DNA of 62,404 bases from IMG/VR virus record IMGVR_UViG_3300021963_000133, positions 1-62,404 of that record; one strand, written 5' to 3'. The notes beneath the pieces are model-generated. The model made no database searches. It was not told the DNA's origin and saw nothing but the letters and a program-made list of their open reading frames with translations. This DNA comes from a virus. Lineage: Duplodnaviria; Caudoviricetes. The translations under genes and the position numbers were made by a program. Each line of letters begins with the position of its first letter. The first letter of the stretch is position 1. Positions 1 through 9,933 of this stretch are shown here, piece by piece.

Positions 1-636
1 TCTCATTGATTTTCTAAGACCAGTTACTTTATCATAATTAGTATAAACAAAATCAGCTAAGTCATAACAAGAAGGCTTATCACCAATCATTTTAGTTAAT
101 TTGTCTAGAGGTAAAGCTTTTGCTTCAGTAACAACTGATTCTATAACAGTAGTATCTTTTAATTCATCTTCAGTAAATTCTATTGCTACTGAAACATGTC
201 CTTTTTTCGCAATGTCATTAGATGGTGCTAAAAATATTTTATCATATTTAACACCAGGTTTCGCTACTTTCCAAATCTCTCCATTTGTGAATTTAACCTC
301 ATCACCTATTTTGTATGAAGATAATTTTTTGCCTTCAGTAACAACTGATTCATCAATCTTCTTAGCGGCTAATTTAGAATCTTTCTTAGAAACATTATCT
401 AAGTAAGAACCATCTCCCCACCATGCAACTACTGCGTCAGTGTCTGCTGTTGAATGGAAACCTGCACCATCTTTATAAATTGCAATTTCTTTACATTTAC
501 CTGATGCAATCTTCTCTTTAGTAAATGACATAGCATCCTTCTCAGATTTAAACTTCTTAGCTGCTCTTACTCCATCAGAGTAATGTACTTCAAAACCTTC
601 TGAAATAAATGATTCAAATAGTTGAACTTTTTTCAT
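1..636 (-). CDS. Hypothetical protein, truncated by window edge; MKKVQLFESF N-terminus (putative internal virion protein)
   Basis: ATG at 636; read manually as MKKVQLFESFISEGFEVHYSDG...; not in ORF track because it runs off the window. Confidence 0.75.
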   Translation of the reverse strand, partial: MKKVQLFESFISEGFEVHYSDGVRAAKKFKSEKDAMSFTKEKIASGKCKEIAIYKDGAGFHSTADTDAVVAWWGDGSYLDNVSKKDSKLAAKKIDESVVTEGKKLSSYKIGDEVKFTNGEIWKVAKPGVKYDKIFLAPSNDIAKKGHVSVAIEFTEDELKDTTVIESVVTEAKALPLDKLTKMIGDKPSCYDLADFVYTNYDKVTGLRKSMR

Positions 637-667
637 TATATTATTATAGTTTAATTTATTCTATTTA

Positions 668-967
668 TCAAAAATTCTGATCAAAATCTTCAAGATCACC
701 ACGGCTTAATTGCTCTAATTGCTGTTTAATCTCGTGTACTCTCCATTCATAATCAAAAACCTCATCAGCATTACATTTGCCGCCTTTGTGTGCCTTTTTA
801 ATCATGGCTAACTCTTTTTTGGCACGTTGTAATTCTTTTTCTAAAGCTTCCTGAATCCTATGATTCTGACTGACCTGCGGAAGTTGAACTGTTTTAGTCG
901 GTTTAAATTTAGTAACTTGAATTCCAAAATCACTAAAAAGGTACTGCGCCATTTCAAATTGTGTCAT
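668..967 (-). CDS. Hypothetical protein
   Basis: ORF track; co-oriented with neighbours. Confidence 0.7.
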   Translation of the reverse strand: MTQFEMAQYLFSDFGIQVTKFKPTKTVQLPQVSQNHRIQEALEKELQRAKKELAMIKKAHKGGKCNADEVFDYEWRVHEIKQQLEQLSRGDLEDFDQNF

Positions 968-1015
968 GATTGTAAAATTTTATTTGACTCTCGTCAACTA
1001 GATGTTATATTTATT

Positions 1016-3097
1016 CTAATACTCTATGTCTTTTAAACAGTTTATAATATCTTGAGTAGTAATCTTTTCTCCTTTCACTAAATTACAACCCTGGTTAAAC
1101 AGGTTACTTGGTGTCTGCTGTTCATGTATTACTACAACTGGCTTACTTAATGTCCATCCTAACCACGCAACTTCATTCGGTACACTAATCAGGTAATTAC
1201 ACCACTGTAAATTATTGTATACACCCTTCAGTCCACCTCGAATCGGTTCAACGCCAGTCAATCCTAACTCTACACCTCCAACTAGATAAACTTTATAACC
1301 CTCTTTAACATGATGGTCGACGATCTCCTGCCAACCTAGATCCCAAGCACCTTGATACTTCCATTCCTTCCCTCCATCAGGTGCAATGATAACATATTTG
1401 TCTGGATGTGGTCTTGCCATTGGACGTATAGTTAGGAAAGGTCTCTTCTCCTTCACAATCAATCCTAGTTGGTTTCCTACCACCTGACCTAAGTACTCTC
1501 CCTCCAAGCCTTGGTGATCTTCTAGTATAATAGTCATATCAATATCTGGGTACCATCCGGTCTCATCAGGGATTGGATGTAGATTCATTTTTCTCTTGTA
1601 GTATTGCCAGTTAATTTGATCAGCAAATGGAGTTTTTATCCAACACCTTCTAATCCCGTGTGCTTCAATCCACTGACAAACTCCTTCCAGTCCGCTTAAG
1701 ACCACTTCTAGACTAGAAGCATTCCAGATAATTGCAGCGTCCTTACCCTCCGTTTCAGCCTTCCAACTGTCGGAAGATCCATCCGGGAATGAAGCATAGA
1801 CTCGAACGTCATCTGACCAGCCCATTGTATGATTCATTTGGTCCATTGGAGCTAGCGAATAGGAGTGTTGTTCTACGTCGCTGATCACCACCGTAACCTG
1901 AATCTCGGATGTACCGAGATTAGTAATACGAGGACCATTCAGCCATTCGACGGTCCATTGATTGGGGGACTGCTCTACTGCGATTCTATTGGTATCTAAA
2001 CGTAATATTTCGGTATACAGGTTATCTACTTGTTGCTGGAATCTTACGCCATCCTGACCTTTTAGAATACCAGGTCTCCTACATGCACATGTTAAACGTT
2101 CAAGGAGGGTTTCAAAATCTTGATCTAAGTTTCCAGTTAATTCTGTGAATGTTCCATCATACGCACCTCGGTAAGCTCGAAGAGGAAATCCGACTATTCG
2201 TGTGCCATTTGCAAGGGCAAGTTTAAACGCTATAGGGTCAATGTCTTGGATTGACGTGTGCAGCATCACTTCAGCAACTCGAAGCCACTTCCAAACATCT
2301 ACTTGCTCTCCCCAGATGGTGACGTTCTCCGGGAGATGGGCAACCAGCGGTGTCCAATACTCCTCAAATTCCGGATCCAGGGGTCCCACAAGGTGAAACT
2401 TGTAATTGGTATGTCCCCTTTTAAGGAATTCTTGGGCCAACTTGACTAGGTATTGCTGGTTTCCAGAAGGGCAGATGGGCCCTAGGTTGACGATATGTTT
2501 AATTTCTTCACCTGACATTTTAAAATCTCCTAAAATCTCCTGACGACTCATAGAATCTGAAATCTCTAATGCATCAATAGGAAATTGAATTAATTCCTTC
2601 GGCGCTTTCATCTGAGAAAATTGATTGTCGAATTGATCGAAGCCAATTAGAGAGTAGGCATCTGGTTCCCACTGTTTTGCGCAAGTCGGTTCAAACGTCG
2701 AATCATGTGAAGATTCCACTATCCTCCAAGGTCTTTGATTACTATAAATCCAGTCTTGAATATCAGATGGGAATTCATCAAAATTCTCAGGTGACTCTTC
2801 GAAATGGATAATATCTGGTCCAATTTCTTGAAGTACTGAACGTACATTCCAGCGGTTTTCAATATAGTTATCTGGCAGTTCATTCCTGTCACCAAGACTG
2901 GTAAACTTATTGATACCACATTCTGTAATTACTTGATTCCTAAGTGATTGGAATTCATCAGACCAATAAGACCATTCAATTACATGAATATCATATTTGT
3001 CTATTTTCTTTAATTCTTGAATTCGTCTTAATAGGAATTCTGGTCCATCACCTAATCCTAGGTGCTCAATAATAAAAGCTAGTTTAATCTTTCCCAT
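1016..3097 (-). CDS. Multidomain glycosyltransferase-like protein (GT-B N-terminus, heptosyltransferase/GT9-like C-terminus)
   Basis: PDIIHFEE, NLGPICPSGNQ, IWGEQ GT4-like segments; C-terminal KEWKYQGAW..GWQEIVDH and AWLGWTLSKPVVVI resemble GT9. Confidence 0.6.
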   Translation of the reverse strand: MGKIKLAFIIEHLGLGDGPEFLLRRIQELKKIDKYDIHVIEWSYWSDEFQSLRNQVITECGINKFTSLGDRNELPDNYIENRWNVRSVLQEIGPDIIHFEESPENFDEFPSDIQDWIYSNQRPWRIVESSHDSTFEPTCAKQWEPDAYSLIGFDQFDNQFSQMKAPKELIQFPIDALEISDSMSRQEILGDFKMSGEEIKHIVNLGPICPSGNQQYLVKLAQEFLKRGHTNYKFHLVGPLDPEFEEYWTPLVAHLPENVTIWGEQVDVWKWLRVAEVMLHTSIQDIDPIAFKLALANGTRIVGFPLRAYRGAYDGTFTELTGNLDQDFETLLERLTCACRRPGILKGQDGVRFQQQVDNLYTEILRLDTNRIAVEQSPNQWTVEWLNGPRITNLGTSEIQVTVVISDVEQHSYSLAPMDQMNHTMGWSDDVRVYASFPDGSSDSWKAETEGKDAAIIWNASSLEVVLSGLEGVCQWIEAHGIRRCWIKTPFADQINWQYYKRKMNLHPIPDETGWYPDIDMTIILEDHQGLEGEYLGQVVGNQLGLIVKEKRPFLTIRPMARPHPDKYVIIAPDGGKEWKYQGAWDLGWQEIVDHHVKEGYKVYLVGGVELGLTGVEPIRGGLKGVYNNLQWCNYLISVPNEVAWLGWTLSKPVVVIHEQQTPSNLFNQGCNLVKGEKITTQDIINCLKDIEY

Positions 3098-3518
3098 TTG
3101 CGTCTAATATTTTCTTAATTTCGTCTTTAGTTTCCTGAATTAACCGGTAAACTGATGTTTCTCTGGTTGTATTAAAACGAAATTTATGTATATGATTATT
3201 ATATTGTCCTTTTACAGAAAGTTCACAAAATACTGTGTAACTTGGTCTCTTTTTTAAGAGCATAGAAAAATGTTTAACATTCCATGCCTGTTCTTTTGCA
3301 TCACCAATAAAAGCATATTCAACTTTGACGTATGCTGTTAAACTTAAATGGTCATCATTTAATTCTAAAAAATCATATCTTCTTTTAACACCATTTGTAA
3401 CAAGATACATCTCATAAGCAACAAAAGCACTGTTGTCTAGACAGTGCTTAAGTGTATTTAGTTCTAGTTTTGTTGAAATGTAGGGTGTTGGAAGATTGAG
3501 TGGTATCTCAATTAACAT
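3084..3518 (-). CDS. Hypothetical protein
   Basis: ORF track. Confidence 0.7.
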   Translation of the reverse strand: MLIEIPLNLPTPYISTKLELNTLKHCLDNSAFVAYEMYLVTNGVKRRYDFLELNDDHLSLTAYVKVEYAFIGDAKEQAWNVKHFSMLLKKRPSYTVFCELSVKGQYNNHIHKFRFNTTRETSVYRLIQETKDEIKKILDANGKD

Positions 3519-3529
3519 AAGTAAAGTTT

Positions 3530-4276
3530 TTAGTCTCTAATTCTATATCCCCAATTATCAAATTTAGGTTTTTCTGGCTTTGGAGTTTCCTTGGTACTTT
3601 CAATAATATCTAATAAATCTGGATTCTCATCTGATTTTTTTATACTTATAGCAACTTCTTGAAATTCTTCAACTGAAGGCTCTTCTACTACTTCAGGTTC
3701 TTCATCAATAAAATCTTCCAGCGAAGCCTTTTCCCACATATCAATTTCCTCTTTTAGGTCATCATAAGATTCAACAACATTTCTCATTGATTCAACTCTT
3801 TCCTCTAAAGATTCTTCAGTTGCTGATATTGGTTCTTCAACCTTTTTACTTGGTTTAATATAATCTACCAATGATTTAATAAATCCTAATGCAACAAGAG
3901 GTAGAATCGCACCTGAAACAAATGCTAAGATTCTTTTCTGGTAAATTGGATCCTCTTCTATTAGATTAAATAATTGGGACCAAGTTGAATAATCCGTAAT
4001 ATTTTTAAATGCATAGTACATATTACCCTGCATTTGCATTAGAGTAATAGTAATGAATAGAGCCCATACTAAGGTTTTATTCATTTTATCCATTATAATA
4101 AGAGATGCTAAAGAAGCAGCAGCTCCTAATTCAAATGCAATTGCCAATGTAACAGCCAACCAATATGGATTTGACAATTCAAAAAAGTCAATTACGTGAA
4201 TGGTAGATATAATACTTACCATTAGGTATAATGATACAAATGTACCAATTATAAATTTATGTGTTAGGTTCTTCAT
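3530..4276 (-). CDS. Membrane protein (about 4 TM) with acidic tail
   Basis: Hydrophobic segments; start moved to MKNLTHK to reduce overlap. Confidence 0.7.
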   Translation of the reverse strand: MKNLTHKFIIGTFVSLYLMVSIISTIHVIDFFELSNPYWLAVTLAIAFELGAAASLASLIIMDKMNKTLVWALFITITLMQMQGNMYYAFKNITDYSTWSQLFNLIEEDPIYQKRILAFVSGAILPLVALGFIKSLVDYIKPSKKVEEPISATEESLEERVESMRNVVESYDDLKEEIDMWEKASLEDFIDEEPEVVEEPSVEEFQEVAISIKKSDENPDLLDIIESTKETPKPEKPKFDNWGYRIRD

Positions 4277-4460
4277 CTTCTTTGTTTTCCTTGTTTTTGT
4301 AAGGTACCCATTCATTTATTATTTCAGCACGTTCTTCACAACCACAGTCTTCATATCCTGCTAGTTTTGCAATTGCGTCTGCTATTTTAGCGACTCCAAT
4401 CTTTTTATTAAAGTTTAAGAGAGTATCTCCTAATCCTCTTTCGTGCTTTTCAATTGGCAT
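4257..4460 (-). CDS. Hypothetical protein (GLGD...DCGCEER motif)
   Basis: ORF track; motif typical of small phage proteins. Confidence 0.7.
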   Translation of the reverse strand: MPIEKHERGLGDTLLNFNKKIGVAKIADAIAKLAGYEDCGCEERAEIINEWVPYKNKENKEDEEPNT

Positions 4461-4461
4461 G

Positions 4462-4734
4462 TTATTTAGTCAATGTTTCAATTTGTTTATCAATCTCAGA
4501 CTGACGTTGTACATCCATCATTTTACGATCAGTTGCCTGAATCATTCTCTTTTCAGATTTTAGACCTTCAATTTCTAAGTCTTTCTTAGTTGCTAAAGAA
4601 TCTAATACTGCGATTTGTTTCTTAACTTTCGTTACTTCAGAATTCACACTACATGATTTCATATAGGTTAAGAATACCAAAACGATAATGATTTTAATAC
4701 CGTGCTTCTCTAAAAATAAATTAAATTTGTTCAT
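4462..4734 (-). CDS. Hypothetical membrane-anchored coiled-coil protein
   Basis: N-terminal TM, then coiled coil. Confidence 0.7.
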   Translation of the reverse strand: MNKFNLFLEKHGIKIIIVLVFLTYMKSCSVNSEVTKVKKQIAVLDSLATKKDLEIEGLKSEKRMIQATDRKMMDVQRQSEIDKQIETLTK

Positions 4735-4764
4735 AATTTTCTGTTTTATTAGGTTTTATATATT

Positions 4765-5505
4765 TTAGTTTAATTGTTTGAATTCAGCAAGTCTCTTTTG
4801 AAAGATTCCGAAATAATGTTTTAAGTCCTTTTCAGTCAATGTAAATCTCTGTGGACATGCATCTATTTCATTAGCAATCCAAATTTCTGCGCCAATTGGT
4901 CGAATTCCTGTTCTTTCCCAGAATGCAACAAAATAAGCTGCAGCTTGAACATAATAATCTTGGATCCAATCATCTTTCTTAGGTTTTCGACTATTCTTAT
5001 AATCTATAATGATAACTCGTTCGTCAATCAATCGTGAAACATTATCAACTGTTCCAGCATATCCACCACCTTTTTCAGACCATAGAAACTTTTCAGCTGC
5101 TAGGACTTCTTTAATCTTATCAAAGAATTGGTCGTGATTGTTCCAGAATTTCATAAAGAATTTAAATCCTTCTTCAATAAATTCAGTATCAAATTGTTTG
5201 ATTTCTCGGTCTTTGTGTAGTGATTTCTTTAATTCACCGAGACGTTCTTCCTTAGTACCAGGAATCTGTTTGTATAATTCAATAAGTCTATGCATTACTG
5301 TTCCACGATTCATGGACAGTGTTGAGATTCTATTAGCTTCCTCTTCTCCAACTCTAGATTTCCAAGCGTCTAAGCCAGACTTATCACTAGTTCCGCCAAG
5401 AACTGTTGTAACTGAGGGAAAGATTCCTAGGATCTCTTTCCCTCGACTTACTTGATAGTGTCTATTACCATTTATTTCTACTCTTTTAATTCTTTCAGTA
5501 GCCAT
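4765..5505 (-). CDS. PD-(D/E)xK exonuclease (phage exonuclease, Cas4-like fold)
   Basis: PSVTTVL, RGTVMH, AGTVD, IIDYKNS, QAAAY motifs. Confidence 0.85.
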   Translation of the reverse strand: MATERIKRVEINGNRHYQVSRGKEILGIFPSVTTVLGGTSDKSGLDAWKSRVGEEEANRISTLSMNRGTVMHRLIELYKQIPGTKEERLGELKKSLHKDREIKQFDTEFIEEGFKFFMKFWNNHDQFFDKIKEVLAAEKFLWSEKGGGYAGTVDNVSRLIDERVIIIDYKNSRKPKKDDWIQDYYVQAAAYFVAFWERTGIRPIGAEIWIANEIDACPQRFTLTEKDLKHYFGIFQKRLAEFKQLN

Positions 5506-5948
5506 TAAAATGGTAATTTATGCCATGGTATAAATTTAATTGATGCCCATATTGCAGTTGCATATGCACCAGTTGCTAAGATAGCGGTAATTATAGCGCC
5601 TGGATCGACATAGTCAGTTTCAGGATAAAGGATAACTAAATATGAATCAGTTCCTTCAATTCTTCTAATATCTGGGAACATATCATCTGATAATCCATAT
5701 TTCAACAAGATTTGACTAATAGGACTTAATGATTGGATAACAATCGATTGTTGTAATAACTCAGGTTGATTAAGTTCATCACCTTCAAGATTAATTACAG
5801 CATAAATTCTACCAATCCAGTCAATTCTTAGTCCTTGCTCATACAATTCCTTTTCAATAGATTTTACAGCTCTATAGCATTTAATAAGTAACCATGCTTC
5901 TTTAATAAAATAGAACCAGTACTTTATAACATTAATTGGATTCAACAT
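5505..5948 (-). CDS. Hypothetical protein with C-terminal TM
   Basis: ORF track. Confidence 0.7.
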   Translation of the reverse strand: MLNPINVIKYWFYFIKEAWLLIKCYRAVKSIEKELYEQGLRIDWIGRIYAVINLEGDELNQPELLQQSIVIQSLSPISQILLKYGLSDDMFPDIRRIEGTDSYLVILYPETDYVDPGAIITAILATGAYATAIWASIKFIPWHKLPF

Positions 5949-6237
5949 ATTCTTCTAGTTTGTTTGTTAGATTTTGAACCGTTTGGACACCATTGATTCG
6001 ACCTACAACCTCACCATTTTTAACAATAACAATTGTTGGAATATTTCTAATTCCATATTTAGAGGCATCTTCAAAATCAGTATCAACGTCCAAACGATGA
6101 ACTTTGACTCTAGTTATATTAGCTTCTTCAAATTTGTTTAATGCTGGTTCTAGGGCCTTACAAGGTCCGCACCAGTCTGCTCCAAATTTGATAAAATGTA
6201 TTCCTTCCATTAATTGGTCTGTCATTGATTCTGTCAT
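5932..6237 (-). CDS. trxA: Thioredoxin
   Basis: WCGPC active site; IRNIPT cis-Pro motif. Confidence 0.92.
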   Translation of the reverse strand: MTESMTDQLMEGIHFIKFGADWCGPCKALEPALNKFEEANITRVKVHRLDVDTDFEDASKYGIRNIPTIVIVKNGEVVGRINGVQTVQNLTNKLEEYVESN

Positions 6238-6563
6238 GCTATTTCTACTTTTATTTGTTTTTCCGTTTCAAACCAACCATTCTCTTGTTGCTCTTCTACT
6301 ATTTTTCCAGATTCAAATGTACCATTGTACGAATGATCAGCTGAATCATAATAAACTTTCATTGGTCCTTGAACCACTAAATGAACTGGATGCTCGTAAT
6401 AAGCATCGCTGTTTTTAATCTTTGCGGCGTTTTGCGCCAAATATTCTAAAAAATCTTGTTCTGATTTTCCGGTAAATTCTGGGAAATCGGCAGTGTCTAA
6501 TTCTACAGGTAATGTAGTTGCCTTAATAACTCGTTCTTGAGTTCTTCTAACTATAATTTTCAT
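6234..6563 (-). CDS. Hypothetical protein
   Basis: ORF track. Confidence 0.7.
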   Translation of the reverse strand: MKIIVRRTQERVIKATTLPVELDTADFPEFTGKSEQDFLEYLAQNAAKIKNSDAYYEHPVHLVVQGPMKVYYDSADHSYNGTFESGKIVEEQQENGWFETEKQIKVEIA

Positions 6564-6820
6564 AATTTATCAACGATTGAGACTAAAGTAATAATACATG
6601 ATACTAAAATAAATCCTATTAGAGTCCATGTAATTGTTTTTTCGGCAAGTTCAACTTGATCCCTTGTTCTACCCTGTCGATATTTCATCGATTCAAATCT
6701 TTCAAAATCTGATCGAGCTTTGTCTTTACATGTTTGAGAATTACATGTATAAATCTCTCCAAAATCGGGCTCTATTGACAATTTAGTCGTAGCCGTCTCA
6801 TTGCAGTTAAAACATTCCAT
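6560..6820 (-). CDS. Hypothetical protein (CxxC...CxxxxC, C-terminal TM)
   Basis: ORF track. Confidence 0.65.
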   Translation of the reverse strand: MECFNCNETATTKLSIEPDFGEIYTCNSQTCKDKARSDFERFESMKYRQGRTRDQVELAEKTITWTLIGFILVSCIITLVSIVDKL

Positions 6821-6877
6821 AGGTTAAAAATTTAGAGAATCTTATAATTTTATATATAAGATTCTCCAAATGTTTAA

Positions 6878-7069
6878 TTATTTAACACCATTAGAAGAAA
6901 GCTTCTGTTTAGTAACGTGAGCTTTTAACTTTTCAGTCCATTCTTCAAACTTTTCAGTTGCGTTGTTTGGATTTGCTTGAATGCATTTAAAAGTTTGTCC
7001 GTCTTTACGAAGTAAGATTAAATCTCCAGATAATTCGATCTGATACCCTAAGTCAAAATTGTTTACCAT
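6878..7069 (-). CDS. Hypothetical protein
   Basis: ORF track; follows class-I promoter. Confidence 0.7.
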   Translation of the reverse strand: MVNNFDLGYQIELSGDLILLRKDGQTFKCIQANPNNATEKFEEWTEKLKAHVTKQKLSSNGVK

Positions 7070-7097
7070 GATATTTGTTTTTGTTTGTTTGTTAATG

Positions 7098-7114
7098 ATA
7101 TGTAAATATAAACA
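7098..7114 (-). promoter_or_regulatory. Class-I promoter repeat TGTTTATATTTACATAT
   Basis: One of 14 copies upstream of minus-strand genes; resembles Bacteroidota -7 TAnnTTTG. Confidence 0.75.
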
Positions 7115-7137
7115 AAAGTTTTCAAATAAAAAAACTT

Positions 7138-7746
7138 TTACTCACTTTTTTCCAAATTATTTTTTAACCAATTAGCCGGCCAATTTGAAGATAGCTTTGT
7201 CTTTTTAGTTTCATTTCTTTCAGGATGCCATTGTACTAAAAGTATCTTATGTCCATTATTAGCCGAAACTGCAGCTTCTATTGTTTTATCAGGAGCCCAA
7301 AAGATTGCTTTAAGTTCTTCTGATAAAATTGAACAACATTGATGATGCCTAGAATTAACTAACATTTCTAAATCATATTCATTTTTAACAGTATGAAATA
7401 CACTTGGTTTAACGTGATTTCCATGTTCAATTGTAAAATCATCAGAACAATGATTCTCTTCAATCTTAACATTTTTTATTGTACCAAAAAAATATGAATT
7501 GACTAGTTGCATTCCGCGACAAATTCCTAGGATTGGTATATTATTATCTAGAGCTTGACTGATCCATTGTAATTCTATAGCATCTCTTTTTTTATCTTTA
7601 CCAATATCTCCGCCTCCGGAAAGAACAAGAGTCCCATCAACCTGATCTCCAGGTGATAGGACTCTAAATTCAATTGAATGTTTAGTTAACCACTTAATAT
7701 ATCTTTCTAGCTCTTGCTTACCCTTCGGTGGTGCTAAATTTACCAT
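7138..7746 (-). CDS. Class I glutamine amidotransferase / peptidase C26 (PuuD-like)
   Basis: LSGGGDI, GICRGMQL nucleophile elbow, VNSRHHQ, VQWHPE. Confidence 0.88.
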   Translation of the reverse strand: MVNLAPPKGKQELERYIKWLTKHSIEFRVLSPGDQVDGTLVLSGGGDIGKDKKRDAIELQWISQALDNNIPILGICRGMQLVNSYFFGTIKNVKIEENHCSDDFTIEHGNHVKPSVFHTVKNEYDLEMLVNSRHHQCCSILSEELKAIFWAPDKTIEAAVSANNGHKILLVQWHPERNETKKTKLSSNWPANWLKNNLEKSE

Positions 7747-7748
7747 AT

Positions 7749-7976
7749 TTACTTCTTTTCCCAGAATAATTTATCATCAACAAAGACTTTAACAATGTTA
7801 TCACGTTGACCGATTAATTTCTGACAATATTGTTTAGGATATTTAATCTTGTCATAGACGACCTCATGTGCCATATAAACAACTCGAACGACTGACCCTC
7901 CAGGTGTTAGTGATAGTTCATTTGTTCTCATCTCGTCGGTTGGGACGTAGATATTTTTACTAGACAGTTCTTCCAT
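7749..7976 (-). CDS. Hypothetical protein
   Basis: ORF track; start adjusted to MEELSS. Confidence 0.65.
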   Translation of the reverse strand: MEELSSKNIYVPTDEMRTNELSLTPGGSVVRVVYMAHEVVYDKIKYPKQYCQKLIGQRDNIVKVFVDDKLFWEKK

Positions 7977-9264
7977 TTTCATATACATGTTTGATAACAG
8001 GGAATCTCAAAGAGAAACCGCCGTCTTGATTAATTGATTCTTCAAAATACTGAACGGTAATTGTTTTACCTAAAATATCTCCAGGACTCTTGAAGTAATG
8101 TCTTTTTTGTTCTTGGTTAAATCCACTACCAACTGCAACTCTACAACCTTTATGTTCTATCACTACATTTCGTAACATAACCTCTTCAACTTCAACTCCA
8201 TCAACAATAACTCGGTTAGGTCCCATTTGAACATCAACAACGACATATTCATTATCAAAGAATTGTTTAACTTTCATAATGTCATTGCTTCTTTTACCTT
8301 GGTATGGCGCATCTTTTCTCAACATCAAACCTTCCCATTTACTTGATGTTGCATGAGCTAAATGTTCTTGGAATTCGTCTTCAGTATCAACTTTAACCTG
8401 TTCTAATGGTGTAACAAAATCAAGTTCGCCAGCATAGTTTTCGAACCAAGCATTCATTGTTTCTTGTCTTTCACTAAATGTTCGAACTGAAGTTTGAGAA
8501 CCAAATTCTCCAACGGTTAACATGTCGAATACAACAAATTTTGGTCGACGAATAGTATGATTTTTACGTTTGATTTCCTTCATGATACCTTGGAAATCTT
8601 CATTACCATTTTCATCCATCATACAAATTTCTCCATCAAGTACCAAGTTCTGTGGAATTCGGCTTAATTCAGCTGTAATAGCTCCAAGAGTTTCAAATTC
8701 ATTTCCAGCTCTTGAGTAGAAATTAACATCTCCATTTGCATTCATTACGCAAATACAACGGCAACCATCTAATTTACGACTAACAAACCAACGATCTGAC
8801 CACTTAACTTTTTTCTTTGTATCATCATTATAAGTTGCAGCTAAAGCAACCTCGAATGTAGGAATACATCCAGGAATTACTTTATTAATCATTGATGTTG
8901 TAGAACGTGTTTTCAGATTACGGTCTAGAATCATCCAAATTATTTCCTCGAATTCAGAGTTTTCGCTAACAAACGAATTGACAGCTTGAATAGCGGAGTG
9001 ACCAGTGATATTACGATCGTTAAGGTCATCCAAAAGGCTAAAAATATTAGTATAGCGGTTTGATGTAGCAACCAAGTCATTTTTTGCTTGGCAATTTTTA
9101 GAAGTAACATAGTATTTCTTGAAAGGAGAGTAGGTATACTCAAATGCTTTTACTATCTCAGGATAACTAGCGAATTGCTTGATAACGTTGATTTTGTCAG
9201 TGTTAGAATTCGTTTCGTTTGATTTGTTAATAAAATCATTTAGTAAGCTAAGCGTCTTTTCCAT
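7960..9264 (-). CDS. ATP-dependent DNA ligase
   Basis: KLDG motif I, LDGE, EGLMLR, KVK, SLRFP motifs. Confidence 0.93.
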   Translation of the reverse strand: MEKTLSLLNDFINKSNETNSNTDKINVIKQFASYPEIVKAFEYTYSPFKKYYVTSKNCQAKNDLVATSNRYTNIFSLLDDLNDRNITGHSAIQAVNSFVSENSEFEEIIWMILDRNLKTRSTTSMINKVIPGCIPTFEVALAATYNDDTKKKVKWSDRWFVSRKLDGCRCICVMNANGDVNFYSRAGNEFETLGAITAELSRIPQNLVLDGEICMMDENGNEDFQGIMKEIKRKNHTIRRPKFVVFDMLTVGEFGSQTSVRTFSERQETMNAWFENYAGELDFVTPLEQVKVDTEDEFQEHLAHATSSKWEGLMLRKDAPYQGKRSNDIMKVKQFFDNEYVVVDVQMGPNRVIVDGVEVEEVMLRNVVIEHKGCRVAVGSGFNQEQKRHYFKSPGDILGKTITVQYFEESINQDGGFSLRFPVIKHVYENGRTV

Positions 9265-9301
9265 ATTTATTTTATTTAAAAGTTTCTAATTGTTTAATGT
9301 T

Positions 9302-9318
9302 ATATGTAAATATAAACA
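9302..9318 (-). promoter_or_regulatory. Class-I promoter repeat
   Basis: atatgtaaatataaaca on + strand. Confidence 0.75.
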
Positions 9319-9331
9319 TAATTTTCGACAT

Positions 9332-9367
9332 AAAAAAATCCGAATGAAAGTATTTTCACTCGGATTC
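9332..9367 (-). terminator. Intrinsic terminator
   Basis: AATCCGA(G/A)TGAAA inverted repeat followed by U-tract on minus strand. Confidence 0.65.
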
Positions 9368-9386
9368 TTAAAAAGTTATTAACATT

Positions 9387-9932
9387 TTACTTGTTAATCG
9401 GCATCGTTATCTTATCTCCTTCTGGAGTACTGTAGATAATTCTGGTCGGTTCCAGGTCGAATGCTGAATCTTCTAGCATTTTAGTGTATTTCTCTCCTAG
9501 ACCTTTCTTAATATAAGCAATTGTCATGTGAGGGTGATAATCTGGAAAAGTATTGGTATGAGGTAATTCGGCTAGAGCTTCGTTACATTCATGCAGATTA
9601 CTGCCTTTAATATCAAACTTTAGGACATCATATTGGTTCTCAAAAAGAGAAGCATTATGTGCTTCACAAGCTTCAAATTTAAAATCTTTTACAATTTCCT
9701 TAATCATCTCTGGAGTAACTTCTTTATGTAAACCATAAAGTAGAGTACAGTGTGGCTCGTCTTCAATACCATAAGTTCTGTCTCCTTCTTCAGTGTATAA
9801 ATCCTCTTCTGCTATTTTAGCATGAATGTCTTTGATTTGTGGAAAATCAAAATATAGCATTGCACAGCCATAATCGTATGAATCTCCTGTTTTTTCAAGG
9901 ATAAATTCCTCAAATAATTTTACTGCTTTCAT
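9387..9932 (-). CDS. 2H phosphoesterase, Acb1/T4 gp57B-like (putative anti-CBASS)
   Basis: Two HxT motifs (PHCTLLYG, PHMTIAY); KLFEEF N-terminus. Confidence 0.75.
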   Translation of the reverse strand: MKAVKLFEEFILEKTGDSYDYGCAMLYFDFPQIKDIHAKIAEEDLYTEEGDRTYGIEDEPHCTLLYGLHKEVTPEMIKEIVKDFKFEACEAHNASLFENQYDVLKFDIKGSNLHECNEALAELPHTNTFPDYHPHMTIAYIKKGLGEKYTKMLEDSAFDLEPTRIIYSTPEGDKITMPINK

Positions 9933-9933
9933 A

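Noticed and set aside
4765-5505. Cas4-like nuclease as part of a CRISPR system
   Set aside because: No array or other cas genes in the window; it is a typical stand-alone phage exonuclease
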